Source: Candidatus Hadarchaeota archaeon (lineage in GTDB: Archaea > Hadarchaeota > Hadarchaeia > Hadarchaeales > Hadarchaeaceae). Taken from it: a stretch of 32,000 nucleotides of DNA. Shown here piece after piece: positions 1 to 10,036 of this stretch (the stretch's first letter is position 1; every line of letters starts with the position of its first letter). Where the stretch lies: assembly GCA_964514965.1 (NCBI GenBank), contig CAZETV010000001.1:330001-362000 (forward strand), read 5' to 3'. The position numbers were made by a program, and so were the translations under genes. A model generated the notes under the pieces. The model was not told the DNA's origin. It saw only the letters and a program-made list of their open reading frames with translations, and did no database searches.

Positions 1-95
1 CGGAGAGAAAAAGCAAGCGCGTGGCGGAAGAAGCGACGGGGATGCACTACTAAGGTTTAATAAGGTTCAAAAATAAATTAGGGCGGAGGTATACT

Positions 96-398
96 TTGCC
101 GCAGGTTATGGTGAGTAAGCTCCGGGCGATAGGCATAATCTCGGACAGGGGCATGCAGGTGGGAAAGCTCCAAGATATTCTCTTTGATGAAAAAGACGGA
201 AAGGTTCAATCGATTGTGGTAAAACCAATTTCGAAGGAGACGCTCGGGAACATCCCCCGCGACTCAAGCGGGAATGCTTTGATCCCGTTCAGCGCTGTTA
301 TGTCAATACGCGATTTCATCGTCATCAACGAGCGCGTTTTAGCGATCCAGCAACTCAAGACGGGACCGAAGCCCGGCGTTCCAGAAATATTACCCTAA
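96..398 (+). CDS. PRC-barrel domain protein
   Basis: 100-aa ORF. TTG at 96 lies 5 nt after GGAGGT (85-90); ATG 108 and GTG 111 are alternative starts. The pattern G.QVGKLQDILFDEKDGKVQSIVV ... IPFSAV..I.DFIVI is typical of small archaeal PRC-barrel proteins, recognised from memory of the family. Confidence 0.6.
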   Translation: MPQVMVSKLRAIGIISDRGMQVGKLQDILFDEKDGKVQSIVVKPISKETLGNIPRDSSGNALIPFSAVMSIRDFIVINERVLAIQQLKTGPKPGVPEILP

Positions 399-1139
399 TT
401 ACCACCCAAAGAATAATCTTGTCGAGAGTTCACTGGGTAACCCCGCAGTTTCCATTTTTTCGGCCGTAATCTTTACATCGTATCCAACTCTATGGAAGCT
501 CACCTTTACCTCATTTCCCAAGTTCAAAACCGCGTAGCTAGCTCGAGGGTCGCGATCACGCGGCTGTCCAACCCCGCCCGGGTTAATAATCAACTTTCCA
601 AAGACGACGCGCTCAACCGGCATGTGAGTATGACCGAGCAAGAGGATATCCGCATCCAAGTCGCGAACTAGTTCTGCGAGCACGCGGTTGGAAGTATCTG
701 GAAAGATGTATTCGTTAAGCGGGTCACGGGGGCTACCATGCGCCACGTAGACCTTTTGCTTTCCGTACGTCAGCGTGAGGTGGGTTGGGAGGTTAGATAA
801 AAATTCGAGATTTTCCTTGCTCAATTTACCGGCGGTCCAGAGTGCAGCCTTGGCCGCTAGCGGGTTGAACCCCAACACATCGCGTGTAACTGCCGCATGG
901 TCATGATTGCCCATCACTATCTTCATCCGCTTCAATCTAGCCAACTTTACTACTTCGTTGGGATCAGCGGCGTAACCAACGAGGTCGCCCGCGCAAATGA
1001 GTTCATCAACGCGAGGCATGTCTTTGAGCACTGCTTTGAGCGCCGCGAGGTTTGAGTGTGGATCCGCTATTACGCCGATTTTCACCGATACCACCAAGAC
1101 AACAAAGGAGCGAGATTTGTTTAAACCTGCACCCCACAT
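399..1139 (-). CDS. Metallophosphoesterase (calcineurin-like, MJ0936/YfcE-type)
   Basis: All calcineurin-fold motifs are present in order: ADPHSN (DxH), AGDLVGY (GD), MGNHDH (GNHD/E), VAHGSP, LLGHTHMP (GHxH), NPGGVGQPR. The true start is probably the GTG at 1085 (VKIGVIADPH); the ORF-track start at 1139 adds 18 poorly conserved residues. Confidence 0.8.
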   Translation of the reverse strand: MWGAGLNKSRSFVVLVVSVKIGVIADPHSNLAALKAVLKDMPRVDELICAGDLVGYAADPNEVVKLARLKRMKIVMGNHDHAAVTRDVLGFNPLAAKAALWTAGKLSKENLEFLSNLPTHLTLTYGKQKVYVAHGSPRDPLNEYIFPDTSNRVLAELVRDLDADILLLGHTHMPVERVVFGKLIINPGGVGQPRDRDPRASYAVLNLGNEVKVSFHRVGYDVKITAEKMETAGLPSELSTRLFFGW

Positions 1140-1192
1140 AAATTTTAACAGCGCACGGGATTATTTTAGTTTCTGGCAGCACCACTCGAAAG

Positions 1193-1894
1193 CTAGTCCC
1201 GCATGCTGAGAATTTTCTCGATGGCTTCCGCGACGCCCTTTCCGTGAGGCTCGGCGGTCACGTAGGTCGATACGCGCTTCACCGCTTCGTCCGAGTTTGC
1301 CACGGCGAAGCTCGTCCCCGCGACTCCCAACATCTCGACATCGTTCAGACCATCTCCTATGGCCGCAACTTCGGCGAGCGGCACCATCAAGAACGAAGCG
1401 ACTTTTCGGAGCGCGTTTCCTTTGTTCACCTTTGGGCTTAAAATGTGAATCGTTGAACCCAAGTCGACGACGACTAGATTAAGTTTCTCTCGTCTGAAGA
1501 GCTCCTCGGCGGCCCCAGATTCGATTGTGCGCTTCAGGGATATGCTCGTGAGACGCGACCTTGAACTCCTAGTCTGCTGCAGAGGGCCAAATTCACGTTC
1601 AAGAACGGCCAGTCCACGCTCGGCATCGACACGGTCGCCTAGCACACATTCCCACCCGCTGGCGGGGTCAAATACAATTCCTCCATCCTCAGCTATCAGC
1701 GATCCCGAAGTCCCAAGCATGATTGCTGCAGTCTCCGCGAACGCGAGCACGTTCCCAGTTGCGAGCACCACGGGCAGGCCCGAATCCTCGGCCTTTTGAA
1801 CGGCGCTCACGCCAGCGATATCAAGTCTTCGGTTCTTAAAAGTCAGCGTGCCGTCTATATCGACAGCAACAAACCTAATCAAACTTCCACCCAA
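1193..1894 (-). CDS. HAD-superfamily phosphatase, archaeal phosphoglycolate phosphatase-like (SPP subfamily)
   Basis: HAD motif I AVDIDGTLT, motif II LATGN and motif IV GDGLNDVEM are present. Length and overall pattern match the TA0175-type archaeal phosphoglycolate phosphatases. The ORF lies 1 nt downstream of radA on the same strand. Confidence 0.75.
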   Translation of the reverse strand: MGGSLIRFVAVDIDGTLTFKNRRLDIAGVSAVQKAEDSGLPVVLATGNVLAFAETAAIMLGTSGSLIAEDGGIVFDPASGWECVLGDRVDAERGLAVLEREFGPLQQTRSSRSRLTSISLKRTIESGAAEELFRREKLNLVVVDLGSTIHILSPKVNKGNALRKVASFLMVPLAEVAAIGDGLNDVEMLGVAGTSFAVANSDEAVKRVSTYVTAEPHGKGVAEAIEKILSMRD

Positions 1895-1895
1895 T

Positions 1896-2846
1896 TCAGT
1901 CCTTTATCCCTTGCCCGCTAATCATGAAAACAGCTTCAGCCTCGGGCAAGTTTGGGCTGTCAAATATCCGTGCGATTCGCTTTCCACCCTTGGACTTTCG
2001 AAGGTAGACGCGGGTCGTGGCGGAGTGAGCAAGCACATGCCCTCCGATTGGCCGGGTGGGATCCCCAAAGAAAACGTCAGGCCTCGCCATCACCTGATTC
2101 GTTACGAGGATGGCTAAGCCGTGGAGGTCTGCTATTCGATGAAGCGTCAGTAGATGGCGGCTCAATTTCTGCTGGCGTTCGGCTAAAGATCCCCGACCAA
2201 CGTACTCGGCCCGAAAGTGTGAGGTAAGAGAATCGATTACCATGAGGCGCACATTTTCCCCCTCTATTTTCTCCTCGGCCTTTTCGGCTATCAGAATCTG
2301 CTGGTCGGTGTTGTAAGACCTTATGTAGAGAACATTCTGGAGGGTCTTCATCGGGTCGAGGTCGAGGCCAATCGCCATGTCCCGGATTCTTTCGGGCCTA
2401 AAAGTATTCTCGGTGTCGATGTAAATCGCCTTTCCACCCAATCCCTTTTGCTCGGGTGGAAGCTGAACGTTCACGCAGAGCTGGTGGGCCAACTGGGTTT
2501 TTCCTGACCCGAATTCACCAAAAACCTCGGTCACTGCCTGAGTCTCAATTCCCCCGCCGAGTAGCGTGTCGAGCTGCTCGCTGCTCGTGGTTATCAATCC
2601 GACCTTCTCCCGACGCTCGAGAACTTTATCGGCGGTGATGAATTCGCCTAATTCTGCAATCTCCCTGGCAACAGCGATTATTTTTTTTGCTTGCCCCTCG
2701 CCGATCTCTGCCGCTTCATGCAGCTCCGATATCGAGGCTACAGCGATCGATTCAACCGTTCGATAACCTGCCTCCCGAAGCTTCTCAGCGGTCGCTTCTC
2801 CCACTCCAGGTAAACTTTCGATTGTGCGTTTCATTTCCTCAGCCAA
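1896..2846 (-). CDS. radA: DNA repair and recombination protein RadA
   Basis: N-terminal HhH ([17 protein letters not shown]), Walker [10 protein letters not shown], Walker B LMVIDS, and full-length RadA/Rad51 similarity. TTG start at 2846 has GGAGGT 7 nt upstream on the minus strand; ATG at 2834 is the alternative. Confidence 0.95.
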   Translation of the reverse strand: MAEEMKRTIESLPGVGEATAEKLREAGYRTVESIAVASISELHEAAEIGEGQAKKIIAVAREIAELGEFITADKVLERREKVGLITTSSEQLDTLLGGGIETQAVTEVFGEFGSGKTQLAHQLCVNVQLPPEQKGLGGKAIYIDTENTFRPERIRDMAIGLDLDPMKTLQNVLYIRSYNTDQQILIAEKAEEKIEGENVRLMVIDSLTSHFRAEYVGRGSLAERQQKLSRHLLTLHRIADLHGLAILVTNQVMARPDVFFGDPTRPIGGHVLAHSATTRVYLRKSKGGKRIARIFDSPNLPEAEAVFMISGQGIKD

Positions 2847-2869
2847 AAATTAAACCTCCATTTTATCTT

Positions 2870-4939
2870 TCACGTTCCCGTTTTTATCTTTTTGAGAAGC
2901 GCTTGCGCCTCCTGTTTCGGCTCGGGGAACTGCACGTCGCTAGCTCGGAGTTCGAGTTGGTCGAAGTACTTGTCATGCCTGGTTGTACCTGTGATGACAA
3001 GCTCCTTCCCAATCAGTTTGAACTTATCGTAAAGCTCGGCCAAATCAGGAGTACCCTTGAAGAGTTCGAAAACTTGTTGCGCCTCTAGACCGAGTAGGCG
3101 CTCCGTGACCTTGCCGAAAAGAGCTACCCTGAAGTTGCCAGTGCCGTCGTCGAGCAAGAAGCTTAGCACGACCCGATGTTCAGGTGTAACGACCTTCCCG
3201 CACTCCTCGCACATCAAACTGGTGTCCACGCTCCCCAGGCTCCGTCCGCAGTCGGGACAAATGTCGAATACTGGACGCTGGTGAAAAACACGTACCACCG
3301 TCCCCCTGACTTGAACCCTCATCCCCTCTTTCTTGATATCTGCAATACTGATCCGTTCAGGTGCCGGTGCGACTAGCTTGATCGCATCCGCAGGTGGCAA
3401 TTCTTCGGAGATTGCTGGATTTAGCTCGAGTTGTCCTTGCTTGCCGAGGTGAAGCTCTGGTTGTCCGAAGAGGCCCAGCGTGCTGTAGCAGTTTGTGAAT
3501 TTAACGACATCACCGACTTTGATGTCGGCCGCTTTATCCGCGTGCTCGTGCCAAAGCGATACCCTCGTTGTACCTGTTTGATCACCAATAGTAACGGACG
3601 CGACCTTCCCCTTGCTACCATCAACTCGAACAAACTCACGCGGTGCCGTGGTCTCAATTACTCTCCCCATTACTTCAAGCGCGTCCATATTCGGCTCGAC
3701 CTCGCCAATTTTTATAACGCTCAGACCAAGTGCCTCGACAGTCACGTCGGGTGGATTCACCTCAATTCTTGCAATTTTGCCAACATGCACTTCCGGTTTA
3801 CCGGTCAAGCCGACGCGCGTGTATGCGTTGCGCAGGAGCACGATATCATTCAGCTTTAAATCCTGCACAAGCTCCGCCGCATCACCCCAAAAGGAGGCGC
3901 GAGCGGTACCTGTCTCGTCCGCGAGAACCACGCTGATAACTTTTCCTGATGTTCCATCGTCACGCTTGAACTCCTGCAACGGGAGCTTTCGTTTGACCCT
4001 AGCAGCAAGGCCAACCGTCGGCATGCTGGCCTCGAGCTCCTCTAACTTGAGCAGGCCCTCGGGCAGCTCGGGCAGTTCCGCCACTTCCGCTTCTGGTGGA
4101 TTCAGGAGCAGACGCCCTCGCGCACCTAAACTGAGTTCGGGCTTGTTCCTCAAACCGGGCCGCACTGACGCATTTTCGAGCTTCACCGCGACCCCTAGCT
4201 TGAGTTCCTTCACGAGCTCCGTCCGCTCATCCCAAAGGGAAACCCGTACCTGACCTGTCGAGTCCATGAGTATGAGGCTCGCGACCTTGCCAGTGGTTCC
4301 ATCGTGGCGCTCAAATTCCCTGATGTCGCTCGTCGTCACCACCCTGCCGGTAATGTCCACCTCGATGAGCTCTGGTTTGAGATCTGCAATCTTAATCTTA
4401 GTTTCGACAAGCGGCGGGAGGTCCGATACTCGCGGGTCGTCTGGATTCACGAGCAAAGAGCCCCGCATCCCAAGACTAAGCTCAGGCTGCTTGTTCAATC
4501 CTTGGCGCACGTAGGCATTTTTGACTTGAACCGCATCTCCCTTTCGAACCTTATCCTCCCCGATCAACGAGGTCTTGTCATTCCATAGCGCGATTCTAAT
4601 CTGTCCAGTTTTATCTTGAACCAGCAACCCTCCTACACGCCCAACTTTACCGCTAGAGCGCTGGAACTCCCGCGGTTCATAGATACGGGTGACCCGGCCG
4701 ACGATGTCTACTTTGGACATTCCCGGGATGAGATCCTCGATGTGTAGGGTTCGAATCTCAGGTTCTTTTCTCTTAAAAACAACCCCCAATTCCCGGCCGA
4801 CGATGGTGGCCGCGCCTTCGAGGGTCACGAAACCGCTGAGTTCGTTCTGCTTCTGCTGGATGCGCTTCATTAGCTCGTCATGATCAATTTTCGCATGATC
4901 TAAAATTTCTTGAACCATCTGCTCAAAATTTAGCTCCAT
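2870..4939 (-). CDS. Replication protein A (single-stranded DNA-binding, four tandem OB folds plus a zinc-ribbon OB fold)
   Basis: Four protein-level repeats of about 90 aa, each with ..GRV....REF.R.DG..GKV....L.D.TG..R..LW......L..GD.V...NAY.R.GL...PEL.LG....L..NP. They are followed by an OB fold carrying CPDCG...CEECG. The gene is immediately upstream of radA on the same strand. Confidence 0.85.
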   Translation of the reverse strand: MELNFEQMVQEILDHAKIDHDELMKRIQQKQNELSGFVTLEGAATIVGRELGVVFKRKEPEIRTLHIEDLIPGMSKVDIVGRVTRIYEPREFQRSSGKVGRVGGLLVQDKTGQIRIALWNDKTSLIGEDKVRKGDAVQVKNAYVRQGLNKQPELSLGMRGSLLVNPDDPRVSDLPPLVETKIKIADLKPELIEVDITGRVVTTSDIREFERHDGTTGKVASLILMDSTGQVRVSLWDERTELVKELKLGVAVKLENASVRPGLRNKPELSLGARGRLLLNPPEAEVAELPELPEGLLKLEELEASMPTVGLAARVKRKLPLQEFKRDDGTSGKVISVVLADETGTARASFWGDAAELVQDLKLNDIVLLRNAYTRVGLTGKPEVHVGKIARIEVNPPDVTVEALGLSVIKIGEVEPNMDALEVMGRVIETTAPREFVRVDGSKGKVASVTIGDQTGTTRVSLWHEHADKAADIKVGDVVKFTNCYSTLGLFGQPELHLGKQGQLELNPAISEELPPADAIKLVAPAPERISIADIKKEGMRVQVRGTVVRVFHQRPVFDICPDCGRSLGSVDTSLMCEECGKVVTPEHRVVLSFLLDDGTGNFRVALFGKVTERLLGLEAQQVFELFKGTPDLAELYDKFKLIGKELVITGTTRHDKYFDQLELRASDVQFPEPKQEAQALLKKIKTGT

Positions 4940-5110
4940 AATCCAACCTCAAAACAACTATCCGCTTCTCGTTTATAGGGATTTTCAGGGAGAGATGGCC
5001 GAAAGTATTCACTTTCAGATGATAAAACCAAATTCTCAAGCAGTGATTGAACACGATTGGTCAAAATTAGTACAGAAACTCAAAATTATTAAATGGATAA
5101 ATTTGTTAAA

Positions 5111-6388
5111 TCAATCATATTTCTTCCTAGCCAGCTCGTCTAAAATTTCCTTAGCACGATCGACCCTAATTTTGCGCTCCTCGACCAACCGTGCCGCTAC
5201 TTTATCTATTAACTCACCCTTTGCTCCAGCCGTTGCGGCTATGTTCCGCGCGTGCAACTTCATGTGGCCGGCTTGGATGCCGCTAGTAGCGAGTGCCCTC
5301 ATCGCCGCCAAGTTCTGAGCGAGCCCGACCGCCGCCATGACTTCTCCCAACTCGCGCGCCGATTGCACTCCCAATATCTTTCTACAAATTTTTGCAACGG
5401 GGTGAACAGCTGTGGCCCCCCCGATTGTCCCCACCGCCACAGGCAGCTCAATCCTGCCCGAGAGGTTTCCCTCGACCGTTCGCTCCCAGTGAGTCAACGG
5501 TTTGTAAGCGCCTCCTATCGCCGCATAGGCATGGGCCCCAGCTTCAAGGGCGCGAGTATCGTTTGCCGTCGCGAGGGCGACCGCGATGATTCCGTTCATC
5601 ACTCCCTTATTATGAGTGGCGCAGCGGTAGGGGTCGGCGGCAGCGAAAGCATAGGCTTGGAGTATCCCATCGACCACCTCCTCACCGCCCAACGCCTCCT
5701 TTGTGAAGACCGCCTTCGCGCTCGCTAGCCTGTGGGTGGCTAGGTTCGAGACTATCCGGAGAAAAACTCTGCCTCCTGTCAGCTCTTCGATCAGGGGCGC
5801 AACCGCTTCGCACATGGTATTGATGACGTTCGCCCCCATGGCATCACGCACATCAATGAGCAAATGAATGATTGTCATCGGACCGAGGTGAGTGGTGAGC
5901 ACCCGCACTTCGATGTCCTTCGCGCCGCCGCCCAACTTTACGAGGATTGGATCCTGTTCATTCGCCTTCGCCAGAATTTGCTCTTTAGACTTGAGAATTT
6001 TCTCCCTTGCCTTTTTAGGGTTCTTGATATCTGTGAGCTGGATCTGGCCCACCATAATCGACGGAGTGCTCTCAGTGCGAAAACCCCCACCTGGGCGGGC
6101 CATCTTCGCAGCGTTCGAAGCTGCAGCTACAACTGAGGGTTCCTCAATCGCCATGGGGATGAGGTAATCCCTGTTGTTGATGAAGAAGTTAGTCGCTATA
6201 CCTAAAGGCAACTCAATAGCGCCAATCACGTTTTCGATCATGCGGTCCGCCTGTTTGATCTCCAACGCGCCGGTCTTACGGAGGAGTTCAGTTTCATCCT
6301 TGCTCAGCCCGGCTAACTCCTGCACTATCTTCAGCCTCTTCTCTGGGCTCAGTTTGTAAAAACCAGAAAGTTTGGAAGTCTTGCACAT
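5111..6388 (-). CDS. hmgA: Hydroxymethylglutaryl-CoA reductase, class II type
   Basis: Motifs ENVIGAIELPLG, AIEEPSVVAAASNAAK, DAMGANVINT and VGTIGGAT are present. The EEPSVVAAAS signature belongs to class II (bacterial-type) enzymes, not class I. Confidence 0.85.
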   Translation of the reverse strand: MCKTSKLSGFYKLSPEKRLKIVQELAGLSKDETELLRKTGALEIKQADRMIENVIGAIELPLGIATNFFINNRDYLIPMAIEEPSVVAAASNAAKMARPGGGFRTESTPSIMVGQIQLTDIKNPKKAREKILKSKEQILAKANEQDPILVKLGGGAKDIEVRVLTTHLGPMTIIHLLIDVRDAMGANVINTMCEAVAPLIEELTGGRVFLRIVSNLATHRLASAKAVFTKEALGGEEVVDGILQAYAFAAADPYRCATHNKGVMNGIIAVALATANDTRALEAGAHAYAAIGGAYKPLTHWERTVEGNLSGRIELPVAVGTIGGATAVHPVAKICRKILGVQSARELGEVMAAVGLAQNLAAMRALATSGIQAGHMKLHARNIAATAGAKGELIDKVAARLVEERKIRVDRAKEILDELARKKYD

Positions 6389-6657
6389 TTACTGCCCCTT
6401 TAAAGTTGGCGATGCGGTTATAAATTCTAAGGGTCATGCAAAAAACCGCAATTAAAAATCACCTGATGCGAGTTCGACCTTTTTCAGCGATATCAATAAT
6501 GAATGCCAAACTTTTCGGTATGTTTCAAACATTTGCAGAGTACGAGAAAACTGTCCTTCGACGTTCGAAAAGGATAGAAATAAATGTTTGAATAATCGTA
6601 TTGTAAAAAGGTGAAAGAAATGGCAAAGTGCAACAAGACGAAGAAAAAGAAAAACTG

Positions 6658-9600
6658 CTAAGTAGATGGACGCTTCACGAGCAATTTAAAACTGTCTCCA
6701 TCGACGTTCCATTCTTTGATATAGCCTGGCTCTTTGACTTCGCTTGCACGGCAAATGCGAAGATTTCTCGCCCGAACCTCCCGCGAGATGTAATCTTGCT
6801 GGGTGGCGAGAAGCGTGATAAATTTATCCAACTCCGTGCCCACCACTACGTCGACCTGTTCTTCCATCGCGAGATTTAACTCCTTGCGCATCGTCTGCAG
6901 CCGTCGGACGAGCTCCCGCGCCAAGCACTCGGCCTGCAGCTCAGGAGTCATTCGAGTGTCAATCGCTATCTTGCCGAACTCCGTGGGGATTACGGCAAAA
7001 TCTTCCGGTAGTTTCTCCTCAAAGCCCAGCTCTTCTGATGAAACGCTGACTTTTTGTCCTTCGACTTGCAATCCCACAAATCCATAACGTTGCAGCTCGG
7101 CGCGCAGACGAAAGGCGTCCCTCCTTCGAAACTCATCGATGACCAGCCGCGAGAGTTTTCCCAACCTTTCCTGCAGACGTTGCACATCAGGCTTACACAT
7201 GAGGCGGAACTCGACGTTCTGCTCCTCAGGCCCGAGTATGACTAACTCCTTGCAGTTCAATTGACTACGGAGTACGCTCTGAAGTCCTTGGATGAGAGAC
7301 TTAACTTCCTGCGAGGAAGCCCTGATTACAGCTTTGCTAACAGGCCACCGTAATTTCAGTCGCGCCTGCTGTCTAGCTGCTGCACCCCCTTCAACAAATG
7401 CACGCAAGATATTCATCCCTCTTTCGAGCTCAGAATCAATCGACTGCTCATTTACAGATGGCCAAGAAAGCATGTGCACGCTCTCTGGTGCCCCGGTATC
7501 TGCAGCCTTGACTAGGTCGCGGTACATCACCTCACTCACGTGGGGCATGATCGGCGCGAGTAGCCTAACTAAGGTGTGGAGGGATTGGTAGAGTACAACG
7601 TATGCCGCTAGCTTTCTAGGATCGTCCCGTTCAATCCAAACGCGCTCGCGCACGAGGCGTACGTACCATCGGCTGAGATCCTCGAGCACAAACGACGTCA
7701 ATATCCGAGCGGCGTTATGCAAGTTGAACTCTTGGAACGCTTTTGTAACATCACGCGTCACGCTGTTGATGCGGGAAATCATCCAAAAGTCCTCAAGCAT
7801 GAAGTTTTCGCGTACCTTCTTTAGATCGATTTTTTTCGGGTCGAATTCGTCGAGCGCCATGTAAGTGGTCGCGAACACGTGAACGTTCCAGAGCACGTTC
7901 AACATCCGCGTAACGACATCTATCCCTTTCCAACTGAACCGGAGATCCTCCCATGGAGAGTTCGCTGACAGCATGTAGAAGCGCAACACGTCAGCTCCAT
8001 ATTTATCGACCACCTCTTTGGGACTCACCACATTCCCCAGCGACTTAGACATCTTCCGTCCATGCTCGTCGAGGGCGAAACCATGCATAAGCACAGCCTT
8101 GTATGGCATCTCATCGAAGGCAACGACCGATACAACTTGTTGGCTATAGAACCACTTCGTCACTTGGTCTTCCCCCTCTGTTATGAACTCGCTGGGCCAG
8201 AGTTGCTCGAAGCGTTCGCGCCGCTGCGGATAACCGAGGCTCGCCCAAGAAGCAATTCCTGAGTCGAACCACACGTCGAGCACATCCGGCACTCGTTTTG
8301 CATCAGCTCCGCATTTCGGGCAGCGCAACGTGATCAAATCGACATCGGGGCGGTGAAGGTCGATTTCGTCGATTGATGTCTTCGCCGCGCTCTTCAGCTC
8401 TTCCACGCTGCCGATTACAATCGTTTCGTTACATTGTTGACATATCCAAATTGGGAGAGGGATACCCCAGTAGCGCTGACGGGAGATGCACCAGTCTCCC
8501 ACCGACTCAACTCCATTCACGTAGCGCATCGCGACCCAGTCCGGCACCCACCGTACGCGCTCGACATTTTTCTCAAGGATTTTTGGTTTGATCTGCGAAA
8601 CGCGCAGGAACCACTGGCCGGTCGCGCGAAAGAGGAGAGGCGTCTGACAGCGCCAGCAGTGGGGGTACGCATGGGTAATGACTCCGTGCTTCATGAGCAT
8701 ACCATTCTGGCGGAGGTCATCGAGAATAACCCGGTCAGCGTCCTTCACGAAAATTCCATTGTATTTCCCGGCGTCTTGGGTGAACTTCCCGTCGGGCCCC
8801 ACAGGACTGAAAACTGGCAGACCGTAGTGCACCCCACTCACGAAGTCCTCTTCCCCGTGACCCGGAGCGGTGTGGACGCAGCCCGTGCCTTCATCAAGCG
8901 TAACGTACTCACCGCAAATCACCCGGTGGTGCCGCACGTACTCTTTCTGCTCCGGCACCTCCTTGAGCAGCGGATGCTCGTAGTGCAATCCCTTGAGCTC
9001 CTTCCCCTTCATCGAGCTGAGCACTTGGTAATCTTTGATCCCGATTTCTTTCATGACTTTCTCGACGAGGGCCTCTGCCAAGATGTAAACTTCTTTGTCG
9101 ACAGCGACTTTCGCGTAAGCGTATTCGGGATGCACGCACACCGCCATGTCAGCCGGCAAAGTCCAAGGCGTAGTGGTCCAGATTAGCAGGTATTCGTTCG
9201 GACGGTCGCGGAGCTTGAAACGGGCGAACAGCGAAGGGTCTCGAACTTCGTGATATTCCCCCCTAATTTCATGCTCTGCCAACGCCGTCTCACAGCGAGG
9301 GCACCAGTGAATCACCCGTAGGTCTTTCCGCATGAGGCCACGTTTATGGGCGCGATTCAGGGTCCACCAAGCCGACTCGATGTAATCGTTGGTGAAGGTG
9401 ACGTAAGGTTTGTCCCAGTCCATCCACACGCCCAAGCGCTTGAATTGCTCGGCCATCATTGAGACGTGGTCGAGGGCCCACTGCTTGCACTGCTGGATGA
9501 ACTTTTCAACTCCCACCCGCTGCTCGATTTCTTTTTTGGTTTTGATGCCGAGCTTCTCCTCAACTTTAACCTCGATTGGCAACCCGTGGCAGTCCCATCC

Positions 9601-9849
9601 GGGCTGGCGAAGCACATTGAAGCCGCCCATGCTCATATAGCGCAGGATGGCGTCCTTGATTACCTTGTTCCAAGCGGTCCCCAAGTGAATGGCCCCGCTC
9701 GCGTAAGGTGGGCCGTCGAGGAAGTACCAAGGCTTGGCATCCGCGCGGAGCTGCTTCACCTTTTCATAGATATCGTTTGCTCGCCACCACGCTTGGACCT
9801 CCGGCTCGGATTTGCGCGCGTCGTACGACTTTGCAGCGGGCTGGATCAT
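6658..9849 (-). CDS. ileS: Isoleucine--tRNA ligase
   Basis: 1063 aa. HIGH-region PPYASGAIHLGTAWN, KMSKS motif KMSKSLGN, editing-domain region, and zinc-knuckle pairs CPRC/CWRC/CQQC/CPKC. Confidence 0.95.
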   Translation of the reverse strand: MIQPAAKSYDARKSEPEVQAWWRANDIYEKVKQLRADAKPWYFLDGPPYASGAIHLGTAWNKVIKDAILRYMSMGGFNVLRQPGWDCHGLPIEVKVEEKLGIKTKKEIEQRVGVEKFIQQCKQWALDHVSMMAEQFKRLGVWMDWDKPYVTFTNDYIESAWWTLNRAHKRGLMRKDLRVIHWCPRCETALAEHEIRGEYHEVRDPSLFARFKLRDRPNEYLLIWTTTPWTLPADMAVCVHPEYAYAKVAVDKEVYILAEALVEKVMKEIGIKDYQVLSSMKGKELKGLHYEHPLLKEVPEQKEYVRHHRVICGEYVTLDEGTGCVHTAPGHGEEDFVSGVHYGLPVFSPVGPDGKFTQDAGKYNGIFVKDADRVILDDLRQNGMLMKHGVITHAYPHCWRCQTPLLFRATGQWFLRVSQIKPKILEKNVERVRWVPDWVAMRYVNGVESVGDWCISRQRYWGIPLPIWICQQCNETIVIGSVEELKSAAKTSIDEIDLHRPDVDLITLRCPKCGADAKRVPDVLDVWFDSGIASWASLGYPQRRERFEQLWPSEFITEGEDQVTKWFYSQQVVSVVAFDEMPYKAVLMHGFALDEHGRKMSKSLGNVVSPKEVVDKYGADVLRFYMLSANSPWEDLRFSWKGIDVVTRMLNVLWNVHVFATTYMALDEFDPKKIDLKKVRENFMLEDFWMISRINSVTRDVTKAFQEFNLHNAARILTSFVLEDLSRWYVRLVRERVWIERDDPRKLAAYVVLYQSLHTLVRLLAPIMPHVSEVMYRDLVKAADTGAPESVHMLSWPSVNEQSIDSELERGMNILRAFVEGGAAARQQARLKLRWPVSKAVIRASSQEVKSLIQGLQSVLRSQLNCKELVILGPEEQNVEFRLMCKPDVQRLQERLGKLSRLVIDEFRRRDAFRLRAELQRYGFVGLQVEGQKVSVSSEELGFEEKLPEDFAVIPTEFGKIAIDTRMTPELQAECLARELVRRLQTMRKELNLAMEEQVDVVVGTELDKFITLLATQQDYISREVRARNLRICRASEVKEPGYIKEWNVDGDSFKLLVKRPST

Positions 9850-10003
9850 TTTGAAACCCTTAACCTAGTTTGAGTTTAACCCTAAAAATATCGTGGGCTG
9901 TACTGTAAATCTATTTGACATGAACCATTATAACAGCTTTAAAGGAGAGATGCCCACAGCTCGAGTCAATAAAATTAACGTTGTTATTGCTGGGGGCTAA
10001 CAT

Positions 10004-10014
10004 TTTTATTTAAG
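10004..10014 (+). promoter_or_regulatory. Candidate archaeal TATA box (TTTTTATTTAA) for the regulator-rfcS transcription unit
   Basis: This AT-rich box ends 23 nt before the TTG at 10037. No Shine-Dalgarno sequence lies in between, which fits a leaderless or short-leader transcript. Motif only, with no experimental support. Confidence 0.3.
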
Positions 10015-10036
10015 CAAGTTAACCTTCGTTTGATTT

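Noticed and set aside
3612-4253. 213-aa plus-strand ORF, with neighbours at 3431-3859, 4266-4588, 4689-4883
   Set aside because: It is antisense to the RPA gene. The Ser/Thr/Arg-rich composition has no motifs, so it is a shadow ORF.
4995-5318. 107-aa plus-strand ORF at the rpa/hmgA intergenic region
   Set aside because: Its 3' two-thirds are antisense to the conserved C-terminus of HMG-CoA reductase, and its 5' part is AT-rich intergenic sequence with no SD.
6620-6661. 13-codon mini-ORF MAKCNKTKKKKNC with a good GGTGA Shine-Dalgarno, ending inside the ileS stop region
   Set aside because: It is too short to support from sequence alone, and the Lys run simply reflects an A-rich intergenic tract. 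It is noted only because the SD spacing is good.
8434-9186. 250-aa plus-strand ORF inside ileS, together with other antisense ORFs at 6803-7087, 7292-7591, 8062-8262, 9410-9873
   Set aside because: It lies entirely antisense to a full-length, motif-complete isoleucyl-tRNA synthetase. The sequence is low-complexity and Arg/Pro/His-rich, typical of shadow ORFs in GC-rich coding DNA.
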